Source: Geosiphon pyriformis uo1 (Eukaryota; Fungi; Glomeromycota). Taken from it: a stretch of 64,000 bases of DNA. The DNA lies in contig JAAOMT010000514.1 of NCBI GenBank assembly GCA_016748015.1, positions 641,365 through 705,364 on the forward strand. Reading direction: 5' to 3'. Positions within the stretch are counted from its first letter, which is position 1. Every line of letters starts with the position of its first letter. Shown here piece after piece: positions 1 through 13,413 of this stretch. The notes under the pieces are model-generated. The model did not search any database, was not told the DNA's origin, and was given only the letters and a program-made list of their open reading frames with translations. Both the position numbers and the translations under genes were made by a program.

Positions 1-1266
1 AAAAACTTAATCAAATAATTTGCAGTTTTTTATAACTTGGTTTTTAATTTTATATGTAAAAATAATAAAATTTGCACAACTAAAATTACATGTTCAATTT
101 TAAAGAAAATTAAATATTTTAATAAATAATATAAATAAGTATAAAACTATTATTTTTAAGTTTAAATTAAAAATTAATTAATTTATTATAATAGGATACT
201 ATTTTTTTAATTTAATAATTTTTATTTTAATTGTTTTAACTAGATGTGGTTTTTTCCCTATTTATATACAGTTTATATATATTTTGTTATCAGTTTAAAT
301 TTAAGATTGAAATTAACATTAAATTATTTTTATTATTTTTATAATTAATTAACACATATTATTATTTTACATTTATTATAAATTATCTAATTATTATTTA
401 TAAAATTATTAATTCTTATTATTTAATTAATAATTAAATTTGTATAATACACAAGTATAATTAAATACAATAATAAGATTATGCAATATTAAAATCTACC
501 AAATATGTAAAAATTATTAAAATAATTTGTAATTTGCCAAAATATACAAAAATTTTTATAAAAAATGTATAAAAAAAAAGCTTTTTTTAAAATCATCTTT
601 TTTAAAAACTAGTTATAAATACAAATTAACAAAATAAATTTTTATTTACAAACTACAATTCTTAAAATTAATTGTTTCTTAAAATTTATATTTTCTAAAC
701 CAATAATTTAATTATTAATTTTAATAAATTAAATTAGTTTATTTCAGAGTTAAAAAATAGTTTTATTTATAATTAATAGTTTATACAAATTTATTTAAAA
801 AATCTACAAATGAATTTTTTGTAAAAAAGTTTAAAAAAATGTTGTATATAATTTTATTTAAAATAATTTTCCTTAAAAGCTAAAAAATATAAACAAAAAT
901 GTAAAAAATAAAAATAAAAAGTTTTTTTTAAATAAATTTTTATTTTTAAATAACAAAATAATTGTTTTTAATAAATAAGTTTAAAAAAATTTTTACTATT
1001 TTAAAATTTTAAAAATTATTAAATTAATATTTATATTATAATTTAATTTAATTAAAATTATAATATTTGTTAAAATAATATATTTATATATAATAATTTT
1101 AAAAATTAAATATATTATTAATTACATAGAAAAAAACTTCTTTCTCTCTTACCTCCTAAAATCCTCAAAAAAGCGTATTTCAAAAGAAGTTTTTTTCTGC
1201 TATTTCATACTGTCTTCCATCACTTTACAAGAAACAAATCCTTTTGTTGTTGACCTGGCTGCTCCC

Positions 1267-3102
1267 ATGAGTGGTACTGGTGCTAAAAGAAGGTCATCCA
1301 GAATTCCAACTTCTGGTTCAGTTAGTAGTGGTTCAAGTCATAAGATCAAGAAACCTTCTGGTGGTGCTAAGCTTTCAAGTAAAGATGTGGTTCTTAAAGA
1401 TAGTGGATCTGGTCAAGTGGTCGGGCAGTTTAATAGCATAGATACTGATGGAAAGACTTCTGAAGATAAAAGAGTATCCGATTTCAAGATGAATACACTC
1501 CAAGCCAAGCATTTCAATAATGGTGTGATTATTGGCTTCCCCTTTAGCTCTATTAATTTCGACATAGGGAAGGAAAAGGAGGTTTCTCTTCCCCTCCGTA
1601 AGTTTTTCTCTTTGGAAAAGATGTGGGTGGACTCCAAAATTGTTAAAACCCAGGTGAAGGTAACTGTGAAGAAATCTTTTGCTTTGGACATCAATCTTTC
1701 GGCTGTGAAAGAGAAATTGGCGACGACTAAAACTCAGGTCATAAGGAAATTGTTTTTACAAATCAATGGTTTTGGGGGGGTCACTACCCCCTCAAAATTT
1801 GAAGGAATCATCAGATCAACATTCACTTTATCAGAAAGCATGGAAAAAGCTGTCTCATTGGCCAGGGAAAATGACATCGTGATAAACAGCGATCTTAAGA
1901 GACAAGGAGTTCATTCAGATTGGGCTGTAGTCATCAAGGAAATTCCCATAGATATGCCAAAAGAAATGATCGTCGCCGCAGTGTTCGAATTTGGTCAAGT
2001 GGTGTCAATCTGATTGCAACTCATTGGACTGTGGCAAAAGGCTGTGGTGGAGTTTGCCAAATCAAGTCAGGCAGATTAGTTGGCAGCTAAGTGGTCATTC
2101 TTAATTAAGAAAGATTTTGTGCATGTGGCCAAAGCTGTGAAGGATCGTGAGATGTGGGCATCTAGAGATTAGTATAGGGCACTTTTGTTTACTTTGTTGG
2201 TGGGAACAATAGTTCATGATCTTGGCAATCTTTTGGCAGGGGCTGGTGGGAAAACTTGTGTCATAAATCAATCCTTAGATACTGGTAATAGGGTTCATTG
2301 TGCTGTGGTTTGTTTTAAGAATAACGAGGATTTGGAGTCTGCGTTTCGTACGAAGCCTGTTTTTGGTGAGGTGAAACTTTCTTGGGCTAGATTGGACCTG
2401 GTTCAGTGTGAACAGTGTGGGAAACTTGGTCATTCTGTTCTGGAGTGTGATGCTGAGATCTCTCATTCTCCTAAACTTTCCAAGTCATTTAAAAAGGTTG
2501 TCTCTAATGAGAACTGCCTCCAGTTGGCCAAGCTATATGCGAAAAAGAGTGTGCCTATTTCCAGACCGGCTGTATTCGGTGGCAAGTCATGGGCCCAGGT
2601 TGTTTCTATAGCATCTTTATCTAATGGTCCTCACTTTGGTTCTGGTTTTGGCTCTTCTCCTGATGTCTCAGGTTTGGTTGGTCACTTGTCTCTTGCAGGT
2701 CCTGTTAGTTCAATTTTGGAAACTCGTATCACTTCTTTGGAGCGCTCTTTGGAACTTCTCACAGATAAGGTGTCCAGTATTATTGACAAACTTGACAGTT
2801 TAAGCCTGGTGCCTTTGGCTCTTGTCTCTTCTTCTCAGTCCTTGGTTGCACCTGGTTCGGTTGATATGAAATCTGGTTCAGATATGGTTTTGGATGAACC
2901 TGATTCTGTGGTTATTTCTCCTTCTTTGGTTTCCTCTGGTGCCTCAAGTTTGGGTTCAAGTAGTTCAAAAATTCTGACTTTGAAAATGGGCTGCTTGGAG
3001 TCAAAGTTGGTGGCTCTCGAAGCTTTGGTTTATTTGGTATTAGGGAAGTTAGATTAGATGTGTGCTGGTTCAGGTTCTGCGGTCTTTTTTGTACCTCAAT
3101 AA
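1267..3102 (+). pseudogene. LINE ORF1 (gag-like, RRM-like region + CCHC zinc knuckle), premature stops
   Basis: Single frame 1267-3102 broken by stops at 2011, 2077, 2170 and 3055. Contains CEQCGKLGHSVLEC (CX2CX4HX4C) and is colinear with copy 2 ORF1. Confidence 0.9.
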
Positions 3103-6100
3103 ATGATTTAATATGGAAAATAGCCACGTATAATGTCAGGGAAATGAACAATTCAGCAAAGCAAGAGGACATTATACATTGGCACAGAGATAGAAACAAT
3201 TTAGTTTTAATTGTTACTGAGACAAAGTTAAAAGATAAGGTTCGGTCTTGGATTGCTAGCAAATTTGATGGTGTTTGGGTCTTCATTTCTGGTTTGAATT
3301 CTGGTCATCTTGGTTCTGGGGTGGCAATCATTATAAACAATTCTCTGGCCAAGCACATGTGCAAAGTTTCTGAGGTCCTTGGTCATCTTATTTCTGTCAA
3401 GTTGCTGTTTAGGAATAAATTTTTGGTTTCTATTTTAGGTCTGTATGCTGGCGCGTCAGCTTTGGTGCACTTTTCTCAGGCCAATGATGTGAATGCTTTG
3501 GTCGCTAGTGTTGTGAATGAATCATCCTTTGTGGTTTTAGGTGGGAACTTTAATGAAGATGGTTTGCATAGAAGCACCAGTTTCAGAAAGTGTGGTAGCT
3601 TGGGTCTGGTCAACTCTTTTGTCAGTAGTCCATTTGTGAAAGTTCTAACATGGAGTAACTCCTGGGGTGTGATGAAAACAATTGATTATCTTTTTGTGTC
3701 TCCCAATTTGGTCAATGTCATTGTGGATTGTGATGTTCTGGATGTGTCCGATTTCTTTGATACTGACCATCATGCCGTCTTTGCGTCAATTGGTTTAGGT
3801 GGTCTCTTGAATACACATTTGTGTTCTGTTCGCAAGCAGGCCAATAAGGATCATTGGAAGTACAATTTTAAGGATGCTGGTATTGCCTTGTGGTTGAGAT
3901 TCAGAAAGGCCACAGCAGTGAATGCTGCCATGTTCTTTGATGATTTCTTGGCTGCCAGGGAACTGTCAGATTTGGATGCGATGTGGGATATTGTTCAGAA
4001 AACAATAAGCTTTTCGGTGAATGAAGTTTTCAGAAAAAAATGGTTTAAAAGTTATGATGGTGTTTTCACTAAGCATTTATTCAGGTTCCATAAGTTAGAA
4101 CTTTTGGTGTTCAAGTTGGTCAAGACTTCCCATTCTGTTGATTGTGATGTGTTCGTATCGCTGCTTGATACTTGGGAATTGCTTGATTCTGCTGGTGCTG
4201 CTGTAGTGAGATCTCTTTTTCTCTCAAGGTCTCCTTTTGATGACATTCATTCAGCTCTGTCCAAAGCCAAGAAGTCTTATTGTGCCTCAAAGTTGTCAGA
4301 ATTAAAATGTGCTAAAGATTTACAAATCAGATCTGCTATTGATAAGAGGATGGAGAGTTTTGAATCTAACAAGGGTTATACTATTAGAAGTGTCTTGGAG
4401 AGGTCTTTCCACAAGGTGGTTTTGGATCATTTGGTTGTTGGTGATAAGCTGTATTTGGAACCTGATTTTGTTAAAAAAAAAGTGGATGAGATTATGAAGA
4501 GGTGGACTTGTAAACGTGGAGTGGTTCTTGATATTCCAGAAAATTGGTCTTGCCAATATTGGTCTTTGGATTACGTGTTTGATGGCGCTTTTTCAGATGT
4601 AATAAGCTGTGTCAGTTTTGATGAGATGTCTGGTGTGGTCTCTGACCTACCTGACGGGAAGGCTGCTGGTCTCTCAGGCATCTCCAATGAACTTTGGAAG
4701 CACTGTGACAAATCTATTCTTGATATGCTCTTGGTGCTCATTAATTCTTGTCTTTGTGGTGAGTCTGTGCCCAGTGCTTGGAAGAAAGCCTGGGTGTTGA
4801 TGATTCCCAAATCTTATGAATGGGAGGGCATGCTGACAAACACTTGTTCTATTGCTCTGATTGAGATGGCTTAAAAAATTCTTTTCAAGATTCTCTCTGA
4901 TAGGATCTCTTTGGCATGTAGCAAGTTTGACGTTCTTCATGGGAACAATTTTTCAGTTCTCAAAGGCACTACAACTCAGTTTCCCATTTTTGCAATTGGT
5001 TCGGTGATTGAGAATGCTCTTGAAAAAAACCAGGAGCTCTGGCTGGTTTTACAAGACATGCGGAAAGCATATGACTTGGTCAGTTGGGATCATCTTAAGA
5101 AAAGTTTGGTTAGAATAAAAATGTGCTGCAGGTTTATTAGGTTTTTTGGGAATATTCATGGTGGTCGCACCAACCAGATTATGACTGATTTTGGGTTGAT
5201 AAATGGTTATCATGTACATGATAGCTTGAACCAAGAGGAGGTGTTTTCACTTCTTCTTTGGCATATATTTTATGATCCTTTCTTGTGCGAAGTTAAGAGG
5301 CAAAAAAGTGTATATGGTTACAGATTAAACTCTCATTTCATTGCTAAGACGGGCCATGTGGAGTCTCAGGCTGGTCTGTTGTCTTTCTTCGCTGCTGGTG
5401 CTTTTGTGGACAATATGATCTGAGTGGGTAGCAGTCAGACTACCACTCAACACATTCTTGATGTGGATAGTGAATTTTTTTGTATCAATAATATTTCTAT
5501 TAATAATAATAAGACAGTGGCCATTCCAATTAATAGCCGTGCCAGTGCACCTTCTCTTTTCATCAGTGGGTCCTCTATTTCAATAGCCAAATCAGGCAAA
5601 TCACATTGTTATCTGGGTATCTTTGTGTCATCTGAGAGACTGTCAAAGCCCAGTCTGGCAAAGACACATTCAGATGTTTGTTTTTTTATCAACTTGGTTC
5701 TAAGAAAGGCCATATTGGACAAACAATTTCTATATTTAGTGTTAGCTGTCCTCTACCCCATCATCAGTTATAGGACTCAGTTTAGTTTTGTTTCTGTCAA
5801 TGTGTGTAATAAGTAGGATGCTTTGATTCACAGAGGCTTGAAATCCAAGTCTGGATTACCTCTTGATTTTCCTAGTGACACAATCCATCACCCTTCATTT
5901 TATGGGTTGAAATCTTTTGCCCAAATTCAATCAGAGAGTAAAGTCGCTTCTCTTATTTGTTTTGCAAACTCAGTGGGAATTCTGGTTCGCCTATTCTCCC
6001 ACAGGTCTCATGACTTACAAATTTTGTGCTGGCATTCTGTGCATTCTTTGAGTGTTTCTGTTTGTGTTTGAGTCAGCCCTTTGAATAACTTTTTAGCAGA

Positions 6101-7782
6101 GGTTGTTTGTGTTCTCCTTGATTGCAATTTATCTTTGAGTGGTTTTTTTGATAGTCCATTTCGGCTTTGTGGTGGGATATCCATGTCTACCATTCTCGGT
6201 GAGTCTAGATTTGTCAGGTTCCTTTCTTCGGCAATATGGCATTGCCTTTGTTGACCAACTCCATGATTGTCATGGTGCCATGTTTGACTGGTACAAATTC
6301 AAGCAGTGGAAGAGGTTGGACTCCCATGGCCCAACTCCTGAGTGGTTTATGCTTTCTGTCGAGTTCCTGTCTGGTACATCTTCTCCTTGTGCCCCTTCTC
6401 CTGCTTTGGTTGATGTGGGTCTTAAGAGTATTTTCGCCTCTCCTGGCTTTGTGTTGGTTCATGATTGGCTTTCCCAAGTTCTTTCTAGTAGCATTTCTGT
6501 TTATATGGATGGGTCTCTAACAAACTTTGGTACTGAGAATTGCACAGCTGGAGCTGGAGTTTTTTTCAGTGACATTGATCTGGATTTGGGTGTTGGAGTT
6601 TCGGGTCTGTTGTCTTCTACTTTGGCGGAAATGCAAGCTATTGCACTGGCACTGGAGTGTGTTCCCCATTCTAGTTTTGTTCATCTGTTCTCTGATAGTC
6701 AAGCTGCTCTGGATGTCTACAAGTCAGAATTGGGTCTGGTGTGTTCGGATTTTCACAATTGTTGTTGGGTCGAACACCAGCATATTGTAAACGTTATTCA
6801 TGGCAAAAATTTGATGGTTGAATGGCACAAAGTGAAAGGTCACTCTGGTGTGATTGGAAATAAATATGCTGATGCTATAGCTGGGGCTTCTTCTCACTCA
6901 GGCTGGTTTCTTCCTTCTCAATTGCATGTGCACTTCTTGTTGACAGACGGTGGGGCTGTTTTTGGCAATTTTAGGCATTTTGTTTGCGATATTTTTCATT
7001 CCATCAGTTGTACACACTGGGAGGTTGGTTCTGGTTCTAAATTTCTGCCTGCCAGTTTGTTCGCGGACATTGATTGGTCCTGCTTCTCACTGGTATGGCA
7101 TCCTAATTCACACATGGCTGCTGGTCACACTGGCAAGCCCACAGTAGATGCGCACAGTTTTTTTATGAAGGCATTGCACCACTGGCTGCCTGTTGCTGTT
7201 CATAAATGCCTATATAATAGAAAATATCCCAGTGTATTGTGCTTATATTGTGATGAGGTAGAGACATCAGATCATGCTTTCTCTTGCAAGGTTGATGACT
7301 CTGCGCGTCTTCAGATACTGGATACATGTTCGAAATCTTGGAGGGTGCTTTCTGGCCTGTCTCTCTCTTCTTCCTGTATGCTGCAATTGTTGTTTTCTTG
7401 TGCCTCTGATGTCTCTGTATTTACGGCTCTCTTTAAAGGGTTTGTTTTTAGTGGGTGGCTTCGTGAAGCTGTCTCTGCTTTCAAATCTCACAAGATTGTT
7501 AGTTCGAATATTGTTGAGTTTGTGCGTTCCCTTAGTTTTGCTTTTAGAAATGATATTTGGTTGGTTCAGGTTAAGCATCATGCATTCATGGAAAAAAATA
7601 AGCTCATCCCACTTGACGGTTCAGTTCTTGTCTCGGTCTCTGGCTTGGCTTCTAAGTTTTTGGCTGGCATTGTTAGGCTACTTGGTGTGGCTGAGGCTCT
7701 TGGCATTTGTTTTGGCTTTCGTAAACAATGTTTTTTCTTTTCTGGTGTTGGTAATTCTGTTTTGGTACATATAGCTGTGTAG
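3099..7782 (+). pseudogene. LINE ORF2: APE endonuclease - reverse transcriptase - RNase H - C-terminal CCHC, disrupted
   Basis: APE motifs ATYNVREMN, VTETKL, LGGNFN, TIDYLF, TDHHAV. RT motifs KAAGLSGISNELW, LQDMRKAYDLV, AFVDN(D). RNase H motifs YMDGS, AEMQAI, SDSQAA, KVKGHSG..GN..AD. C-terminal CLYC..DHAFSC. Several stops and a frameshift near 6225. Confidence 0.93.
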
Positions 7783-8057
7783 TGTTGTTCTGATCGGCCT
7801 GAGTGGCTGGTCACGTGTAGAAAGAGCATGATTCACACTTAGTTTATGTCATTTCTTTGATGTATAGCTTTAGGTAGTATTTGGACCTCATTCATAAAAT
7901 GTAATAAAAAAAAAAATATTATTAAATTAGATAATTAATATTAAAAAAATTTTTATGAATATTTTTAAAAAAACTGTTGTTACCTAAGTAAAAAAACCAA
8001 TCTAAAAAAATATTAAAGAAAATGTAATTAAAAATATAATAACTTAAAAAAATGTAA

Positions 8058-8140
8058 TAATACAAAATAATACAAAATAACATATAATAACTTAAAATAA
8101 TATAAGATAATACACAATAACATAAAATAGCACAAAATAA
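8058..8140. repeat. Degenerate 10-bp minisatellite (TAAYAYAAAA-like, ~8 units)
   Basis: taatacaaaa taatacaaaa taacatataa taacttaaaa taatataaga taatacacaa taacataaaa tagcacaaaa. Confidence 0.55.
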
Positions 8141-9543
8141 TTAGTCATAATATAGTATAGTTAGTTATAATATAAAAAACAAAACAATAACAGAAATAGT
8201 AAGCAATAATTAATAATAATAAACAATTAAAAACAATCTTATTTATATATCTATATTATCCCAAATAAAGAAAATATTCAAAACCAAAATTACTTTTATA
8301 TAATCTATAAATTTTATGTTTAAACTAAATTAATTATTCTCTTATTTTTGTTTCTAACCAAATGCTCTTAATATAAAATTATTTTAAATAATAATGACTT
8401 GAACCAATTATTTTTGATCTTAATAATTGACAATACTAATTTTTTTTGTTTATCTTATTTTTATTTATTTATTTTATTTATTTTCTTTTGTAAAGTAACA
8501 ACATTGAAAAATTGACTGTCTGGAAATAAACTTCATAATAGTTTAATAAAAGAAAGAAGCTTTTTTTAGGATTAGATATAAACATTATTTTGTTAGCTTA
8601 CTAGAAGAATAAAAAAACATTGTCAGACTTTAACAATTGTATTCAAATAGCTTGGAGAAAATAATTCATATATTTAAGTCATAAATAGCCAAAACACTTC
8701 TTTATGTCTTATAATCAAAAAAATTTTATAGATAAAACTAGCAAAAACTTTCAGAGATTGATATTACTAATTTACTCCAAATATTTATAAAAAAATTCTT
8801 TAAGCTTTTTTTTATCTAAATTTAGAGCACCAAATATTATCATAATATCTCAATGAATTTATCTATAATACTGTTTTTTAGTTTTATTAAATTTAATAAA
8901 ATTTTATTAATTTAATTACAATTAATTAAACTATAATAAAAAACTATAATAAAATTTACTAAATTAAAAAAAACTAAAACAAAATATATTTTGTATAATA
9001 TTATTATAAAAAAAATATATAATTAATTAAAAATATTTTATTATTATATATTTAAGTAATTCTTTTAATAAACTTTATATATTTTTTTTAACAAATTTTA
9101 CTGTTTTTTTATAAGTTTTGATTGTATTTTTAAATTTAATAATAAATATGTTTAAGCTTAATACTTATATAAAAATATAAATTTTATCTTAATAACAACT
9201 TTTAATTTAATAAAAAACAAATTTTTTTAATTATTGGTTTTTTTTAATAAATATTATTATTGTTTTTATTATTTTTTATATTATATTTTTTTTACTATTT
9301 TCATAATAAAAAACAGATTTTTTTTTAAATTAGCAGTTTATTTAAAATTTTAAAAAAATTTGATAAAACTTAATAGTTTTTTGTTTTAAATATATAAATA
9401 CAGTATTATTTTTACAAATTTTTTAATAATAAATTTTAAAATTTTTTTATTTATTATCTTATTAAACACTAAAACTTAAAATAAGTAAAAAATAGCAAAC
9501 AAAAAAATTATAAATAAAAAAACAATAAAATTATTACCAAAAA

Positions 9544-10017
9544 GGACTGGGTGACTGAAGCAAATAGTTTATTGGAGAATAATTCAAAAAGTAGATCTTT
9601 GGTCATTAATCTGGTTCACTGTTTTGCTGAGAGTTATAGGTCTAGTGTCTGGCTGCCAAGGGCTAAATTGAGAGCCCATTATGAAAAGCATAGCTTTTTG
9701 TCATACAATAGATCTATTGTTTCATTAGTGACTGGTTTGTCTTTAGTTTGGTCTTGTGATATGATTCATAATTTTGGCATCAAGTTGAGTATACATGCAT
9801 GTTTCAGTTTTCATCCTTAATTACATAATATGTGGTTTGATTTTCTATGTGATTTCCTTATGACAAGTGTTCTTAGTGTATAGTGTCATTTTGACTGGCT
9901 TGAATGGCTGCTCATGTGTAAAAAATGCATGAGCCATACTTAATATAGAACCTGTTTAGTTTTATGTAATTAGGTAGTGGTTGAACTACACTTATTAAAC
10001 TTAATAAAAAAAAAAAT
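9544..10017 (+). mobile_element. 5'-truncated LINE copy (ORF2 C-terminus + 3' UTR + poly(A)) with 10-bp TSD
   Basis: ORF 9551-9820 aligns to the ORF2 C-termini of the full copies (VWLPRAKLRAHYEK vs IWLVQVKHHAFMEK). Same 3' UTR hairpin (9892-9914) and poly(A). TSD TTACCAAAAA at 9534-9543 and 10018-10027. Confidence 0.88.
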
Positions 10018-10169
10018 TTACCAAAAAATACAAAATAATAATAATTTAATTATTTGGTTTTTGTTATACAAAAATAAAAATATTGCAATTAGTTTTTAAC
10101 AAAATAATTAAAATTAAAATATTAAAATATTTTAAAATTTTTTTAAATTATAATAAATTAAAACACTAT

Positions 10170-10700
10170 TATTAACAAAAATAATTTATAGTTTAAAAAA
10201 ATATATTTTTAGTTTGCCAAAATAAAAAATAATAATAGATTATAAAATAATATTATAATAAGTTATATAAAAAAAAAGCTTTTTTTTTAAAAAAAATATA
10301 TTTTATATAAAATAAAATCTATCAAAAATTTTATCTTAGAATTAACAATTAATTATTATAAATCAATTTAATAAAATCATTTTAAAATCATAAATTCTTA
10401 ATTGTTATTGTTTTAAAATTATCTATTCCAAATTAATATTTTGAAATTAACTAGTTATTAATTTTAGTAAACTGTTAATATTTTCAGATTTAGATTTAAA
10501 ACAATTTTTTAAACATATTTCTTATTTTTATTTTTATTTTTTATTTTTTTTAATATTATTTGAATAGTTTAATATTGAGATTTTTTGTAGAAAAATTGAT
10601 TTTTACAGTAAAATAACTACACATTATTTGGAAAGCTTACAGATAAAATTTTATTGTAAAAAAGTTAATTTTCACTACAAAGTAACTATATAAGTAATTA
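10170..10700 (+). repeat. Degenerate dispersed repeat, left arm of an inverted pair (mate ~20330-20830)
   Basis: Reverse complement of 20330-20830 aligns by eye (e.g. TTTAGTTTGCCAAAATA; TTTTTTGTA(G/A)AAAA(A/G)TTGATTTTTACAG). A third, more decayed copy appears at ~470-830. Confidence 0.7.
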
Positions 10701-11544
10701 ATATAAAATTGACTATTCTATTATAAATCTAATAGTATATATAGTTTAAAGTATAAAAAAATATTTTGAAAAAAAAATTAGCTTATTAAAGATTTATTAA
10801 TTTTTATTAACAACAAAATTAATAGCAATACAATATTAATAATATTAAAAATAAAATAGAAAAATTTTTAATAACAATATTCTAAAATTATTTAAATTTT
10901 AGTTATAAAAAAACTATTAAGTATTATTTTTTAGTAATTATTAATAATAATATTAATATATTAAGTTTTTTTTAATATTTATAGTTAATAAGTAAGACTT
11001 AAATACTATTTAATATAATATATCAATTAAATAATTTAAATTAGACATAAATTATATACTTTTTATATATAATCAGCTATTTAAACTAATTATAACAATA
11101 TTATAAATTTATTTTAACAAAAACATATACAATTTATATAAATTAAAACAAATACTAAATATTTTAACAATACTAAACAACTTTATAATATTATTAAAAA
11201 GTAGTATAACAAACTACAAACAACAAAAAACATTAAACTATTATAAAATATTAAGTTATTTTTTTTCAAAACTATTATTACTAATATATTAAATTAAAAT
11301 ATAATACTTTATGTAAAAAAAATTACAATATATATTTTAAAAATTATTATTAAAATTATATAAAAAGAATTATATCATTAAAGTTAATCTAATAAATATT
11401 AATTAATAATAAAAAAATAAAAAATTAAAACTTCTTTTTCTCTTACTTCCAAAAACCCCAACGAGTTATTTTCTGAAGAAGAAGTTTTTGTTTTTCTCTT
11501 ATTAGTATTATATCAATATTTCTTTAACTAATAATTCTTTTGTT

Positions 11545-13413
11545 GTGGATTCAAAGACTGCTTCTAGTGGCAGCATGTCTAGTAAGAAGACTTCTAAGGG
11601 CATGTTTCATGGTCCTGCCAGTGGTTCCTTTTCACAAAAAAAAAAGGCTTCTCTTGGTAATGTTAAACACTCTGATGATGAAAAAAATATTTCTTTGAAG
11701 TTTGGTTCTAGTGCTAGTGTATATTCTGATGTAGAAAGCCTTTCTGGTAATGATGAAGATGTTAGTATGACTAGTAGTTTTGATGGTTTTCTCTTGGACT
11801 CGGCTGTTAATACTCCCAAGGCTAAATGTGTGAATACTAGTACAAATTTTGGTTTTCCTATTGGTTCTCCTGACTTTGAGATGGATGAAGAGGTGAAGCC
11901 CCTTCTGCCCTCTCTTATAAAAAAGATTCCTTTGGATAAGATCTGGATTGATCCCAAAATCATCAAAACTCTTGTAGAGATGGCAGTTAAAAAATCTTTT
12001 GCCTTGAATATCAATCTTTCAGCTGTTGAAAACAAATTGGCAACAGTGAAAACTCAATTAATTAGGAAGATTTTTTCAAAAATCAATGGTTTTGGGGGGG
12101 CCACTACCCTCTCAAAATTTGAAGAGATCATCCGATCAACGTTTACATCTAAGAAAAGCATGAGGAAAGCTGTGTCATTGGCCAAAAAAAAAGGAATCAT
12201 TGTAAACAATGATGTGAGGAAAAAAGGGCTTCATTTAGATCGGACTGTAGTGATCAAAGAAATTCCCATGGATACGCCTAAAGACATGATCATTGCCGCA
12301 GTCTCCGAATTTGGGCAAATTAAGTCGATCAAAATCCAGTTGGTTGGTATGTGGCAGAAGGCTGTGGTGGAATTTGCCGATTCAGACCAGGCTGTGTAAT
12401 TGGCTTCAAGATGGTTATTTCTAATTGGAAAAGATTCGGTTTGTGTGGCTATGGCCATGGGAGATCATAATACATGGGCTTCTAGAGATTAGTTTAGAGC
12501 ACTATTGTTTACTTTGCCGGTAAAAACAACTGCACATGATCTTGGCACTCTTTTGGAAAAGGCTGGTGGAAAAACTTGCATCATCAATTGTTTATTAGAA
12601 ACTGGCAATAGATTTCATTGTGCTGTGGTTGGCTTTGAATCTATTGAGAAATTGAAATCTGCTTTTTTTACTGAGCCTATTTTTGGTAGGGTGTGTTTCT
12701 TATGGGCTAGGTTGAATTTGGTTTGGTGTGGGAAGTGTGGGCGTTTTGGCCATTCTATTCTAGAGTGTGATGTATTGGTTGAGTCATCTTCTGGCCTCCC
12801 AAATACATTTAAGAAGTCTGCTTCTGGTTTTAATCATCTTTAGTTAGCCAGGTTGTATGCAAAAAAAAATGTTCCTATCTCTCGCCCTGCTGCCTTTGGC
12901 AGAAAATCATGGGCTCAAGTGGTGTCTCTTGCCTCCTCTTCTGGTGGCTTCTCTTCTGGTTCTGGTTTACTCTCTAGTGGTGAGCCTCCCTCTTTTGGTT
13001 CTTTTGGTCCTCAGGTCAATGGTTTGGGTAATCATTTGGTGGTTTTGGAGCATTCTTTGGAGATTCTTTTGGATCAGATTTCTGTTATTCTTAAAAAATT
13101 GAGTTTTGTTAATCTGGTGCCTTTGGCATCCACTTCTTGTGCTCCTTCTGTGGCTGGTTCAGTGCCTTCAGCTCTGGTTGTGGATTCAGATATGGCTTTG
13201 GATGATGTGTTGGCTCTGCTCATCCCCCTTCTTTCTGGTAGTGATAAGCCTGCTGCTGGTTTTAGTTCGAGTAATGCTAAAGTGCTTACCTCCAAGATGG
13301 GTGGTTTGGAGTCCAAATTGTCTGCTTTGGAAGCTTCATTTGGCTCAATTTTGGTGAGATTGGATCTATTGTGTTCTGGTTTGGGCTCATCCTTATCCTT
13401 TTTATTCCAATAA
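11545..13413 (+). pseudogene. LINE ORF1 (RRM-like + CCHC), premature stops
   Basis: One frame with stops at 12397, 12490 and 12841. CGKCGRFGHSILEC knuckle. Shares the KKSFAL(D/N)INLSAV, INGFGG.TT.SKFE and LYAKK.VPISRPA blocks with copy 1. Confidence 0.9.

Larger units (their letters stand above)
1129..7915 (+). mobile_element. Full-length non-LTR retrotransposon (LINE) copy 1, inactivated
   Basis: 5' end AAAACTTCTTTCTCTCTTACC is shared with copy 2. Two-ORF layout, 3' UTR hairpin, AATAAA and poly(A) at ~7903-7916. Possible degenerate TSD ATATTATTAATTACATA (1112-1128) / ATATTATTAAATTAGATA (7916-7933), low complexity. Confidence 0.95.
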
